Position numbers and translations under genes: made by a program. Source: Giardia intestinalis (lineage: Eukaryota). Taken from it: DNA of 64,000 nt. Position 1 is the first letter of the stretch. Each line of letters opens with the position of its first letter. Below the pieces are notes generated by a model. It ran no database searches. It saw only the letters and a program-made list of their open reading frames with translations, and had not been told where the DNA came from. Below, piece by piece: positions 63,049 to 64,000 of this stretch. The stretch lies in assembly GCA_000002435.2 (NCBI GenBank), contig CM018791.1; one strand, written 5' to 3'.

Positions 63049-63534
63049 CTATTGCTTAGATGACTTGGTAGGTGCAAACTCTGGATGGGGCGGCTTCCAA
63101 ATCTTGACCCAGAGTTCCTTAAATTTGTCACGCCAAATCCCTGCGAGACTATCGAACGTGGGCAGCTGGATAGCATTTCTGTTCTTTGTTATTAACCGAT
63201 ATATCTGAGTAGATCCATTACCCAGTGCAATCCAGAGCAGAGCTGCCAGCTTTAGGATCTCATATAAAGGCAGCCATTGGAGCAGAGGATCAACTAGATA
63301 TTCTAGAATACTAAATATAGATAAAATAACCCAATAGGAAAGGTTCCCTGCGAGAGTGCGAACCATGGAGTCAGGGAGAACAACCTGGTCCAGATAAAAA
63401 TCGGTGCAGACGATGGTACGGACGGGTGGCACGGTGTTCTGGAGCACAGTGTGTAAACGGTATGCTGGGAAAAGATAGCAGCAGATTACTCTTACTAGGC
63501 TGCAGAGAGGGGCCCGTACATTGCCAACGTACAT
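63049..63534 (-). CDS. HVA22/TB2/DP1 (REEP/Yop1) family membrane protein
   Basis: CYLFPAYRLHTVLQ and LEYLVDPLLQWLPLYEILKLAALLWIALGNGSTQIYRLI match the TB2/DP1 core (…LYPAYSSYKAVK… and …[38 protein letters not shown]… in REEP5/Yop1, from memory). ATG at 63534. Confidence 0.7.
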   Translation of the reverse strand: MYVGNVRAPLCSLVRVICCYLFPAYRLHTVLQNTVPPVRTIVCTDFYLDQVVLPDSMVRTLAGNLSYWVILSIFSILEYLVDPLLQWLPLYEILKLAALLWIALGNGSTQIYRLITKNRNAIQLPTFDSLAGIWRDKFKELWVKIWKPPHPEFAPTKSSKQ

Positions 63535-63552
63535 GCAGTTTTTTTACCAAAG

Positions 63553-63885
63553 ATGACAGACCAAATTCTTGCTGCAACCGTCATTCAGGCAGCTTTTCGG
63601 GGACATCGCTGCCGAAATGACATCATGGGTCTTTGGAATGATTGGTTGGATCAGGTGCGGGCCATCGAAAAGGACGCTGCTCTTTGTTTTGGACATCACC
63701 TGCCTTTGCTTGCTAACCGTCAGCCAGACCAGTCTAGATCGGGATCCCTAGAATTTGCCTCAAACAGCTGCAAGATTTACTCATATGGAGAGTCCCCCTA
63801 TGCTTGTTCTGTGCATAGGCCCGACAAAATCCCTCCTAACTCTATCATTGGCCCTTCGCTTTCTTTACCAGCTACGCAGAAGTAG
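63553..63885 (+). CDS. small hypothetical protein with an IQ-like motif
   Basis: 110-aa ORF. ATG at 63553 is 18 bp from the divergent ATG at 63534. IQAAFRGHRCR resembles an IQ calmodulin-binding motif. Weak support. Confidence 0.3.
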   Translation: MTDQILAATVIQAAFRGHRCRNDIMGLWNDWLDQVRAIEKDAALCFGHHLPLLANRQPDQSRSGSLEFASNSCKIYSYGESPYACSVHRPDKIPPNSIIGPSLSLPATQK

Positions 63886-64000
63886 GAGACATTAGCTAAT
63901 CCATTAGAATGGAGCTCTAGTGAGACCCTTGAAAACTTGAGTCCGAAGATTTTGAATTTGGAATCAAGAGTTAAGAGTTTGCCTTCTGCCGAGTGCTTAT

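Noticed and set aside
1-64000. Prokaryotic interpretation (operons, RBS, CRISPR, phage or defence islands)
   Set aside because: The genes encode histones, dynein, kinesin, a CCT subunit, eIF5B, an Sm protein, ankyrin/kinase proteins and ER glycosylation components: an unambiguously eukaryotic nuclear gene set. There are no CRISPR-like direct repeat arrays, no rRNA or tRNA genes recognisable by eye, and no transposase or integrase ORFs.
1-64000. Variant-specific surface protein (Cys-rich CXXC, CRGKA-tail) genes or other multigene-family antigen loci
   Set aside because: No Cys-rich repetitive ORFs were seen. The only family-like content is the ankyrin/kinase genes.

Overview
This window reads as eukaryotic nuclear DNA from a compact, intron-poor protist genome. 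About 29 long uninterrupted ORFs alternate between strands and account for most of the sequence. Intergenic spacers are tiny (0 to 260 bp), and several ORF ends overlap. Five features together point to a diplomonad, most likely a Giardia intestinalis-type genome: short A-rich stretches immediately 5' of the ATGs; AGTRAAY-type poly(A) signals just 3' of several stop codons; divergent core histones (H2A plus two H4 copies); neighbouring NEK-like kinase/ankyrin-repeat proteins with degenerate catalytic motifs; and large flagellar motor genes. This is inference from the sequence, not a database match. Genes I can recognise are a TPR+J-domain co-chaperone, CCT zeta, a kinesin, a DEAH-box helicase, histone H2A, eIF5B, a 5550-aa dynein heavy chain, two kinase-like/ankyrin proteins, a PIG-V-like GPI mannosyltransferase, two histone H4 genes, SmD3, PheRS alpha, a REEP/Yop1-family protein, an OST48/WBP1-like type I membrane protein and a TFIIH p52-like protein. 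The rest are hypothetical, mostly coiled-coil or helical-repeat proteins. The supplied ORF track uses GTG/TTG/CTG as starts, so where an in-frame ATG with an A-rich upstream context exists I trimmed the N-terminus to it. The most notable structure is a perfect-looking 1363-bp inverted duplication (54446..55808 and 57714..59076). Each arm carries a histone H4 gene and the ankyrin-repeat 3' end of a kinase gene, which creates a second H4 copy and a free-standing ankyrin-repeat ORF. Other points of interest are the OST48-like and TFIIH p52-like proteins, a histone promoter motif shared by H2A and both H4 genes, and extreme gene packing (divergent ATGs 11 bp apart, overlapping 5' ends, abutting stop codons). 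No prokaryotic-style features, CRISPR arrays or obvious transposons were seen.
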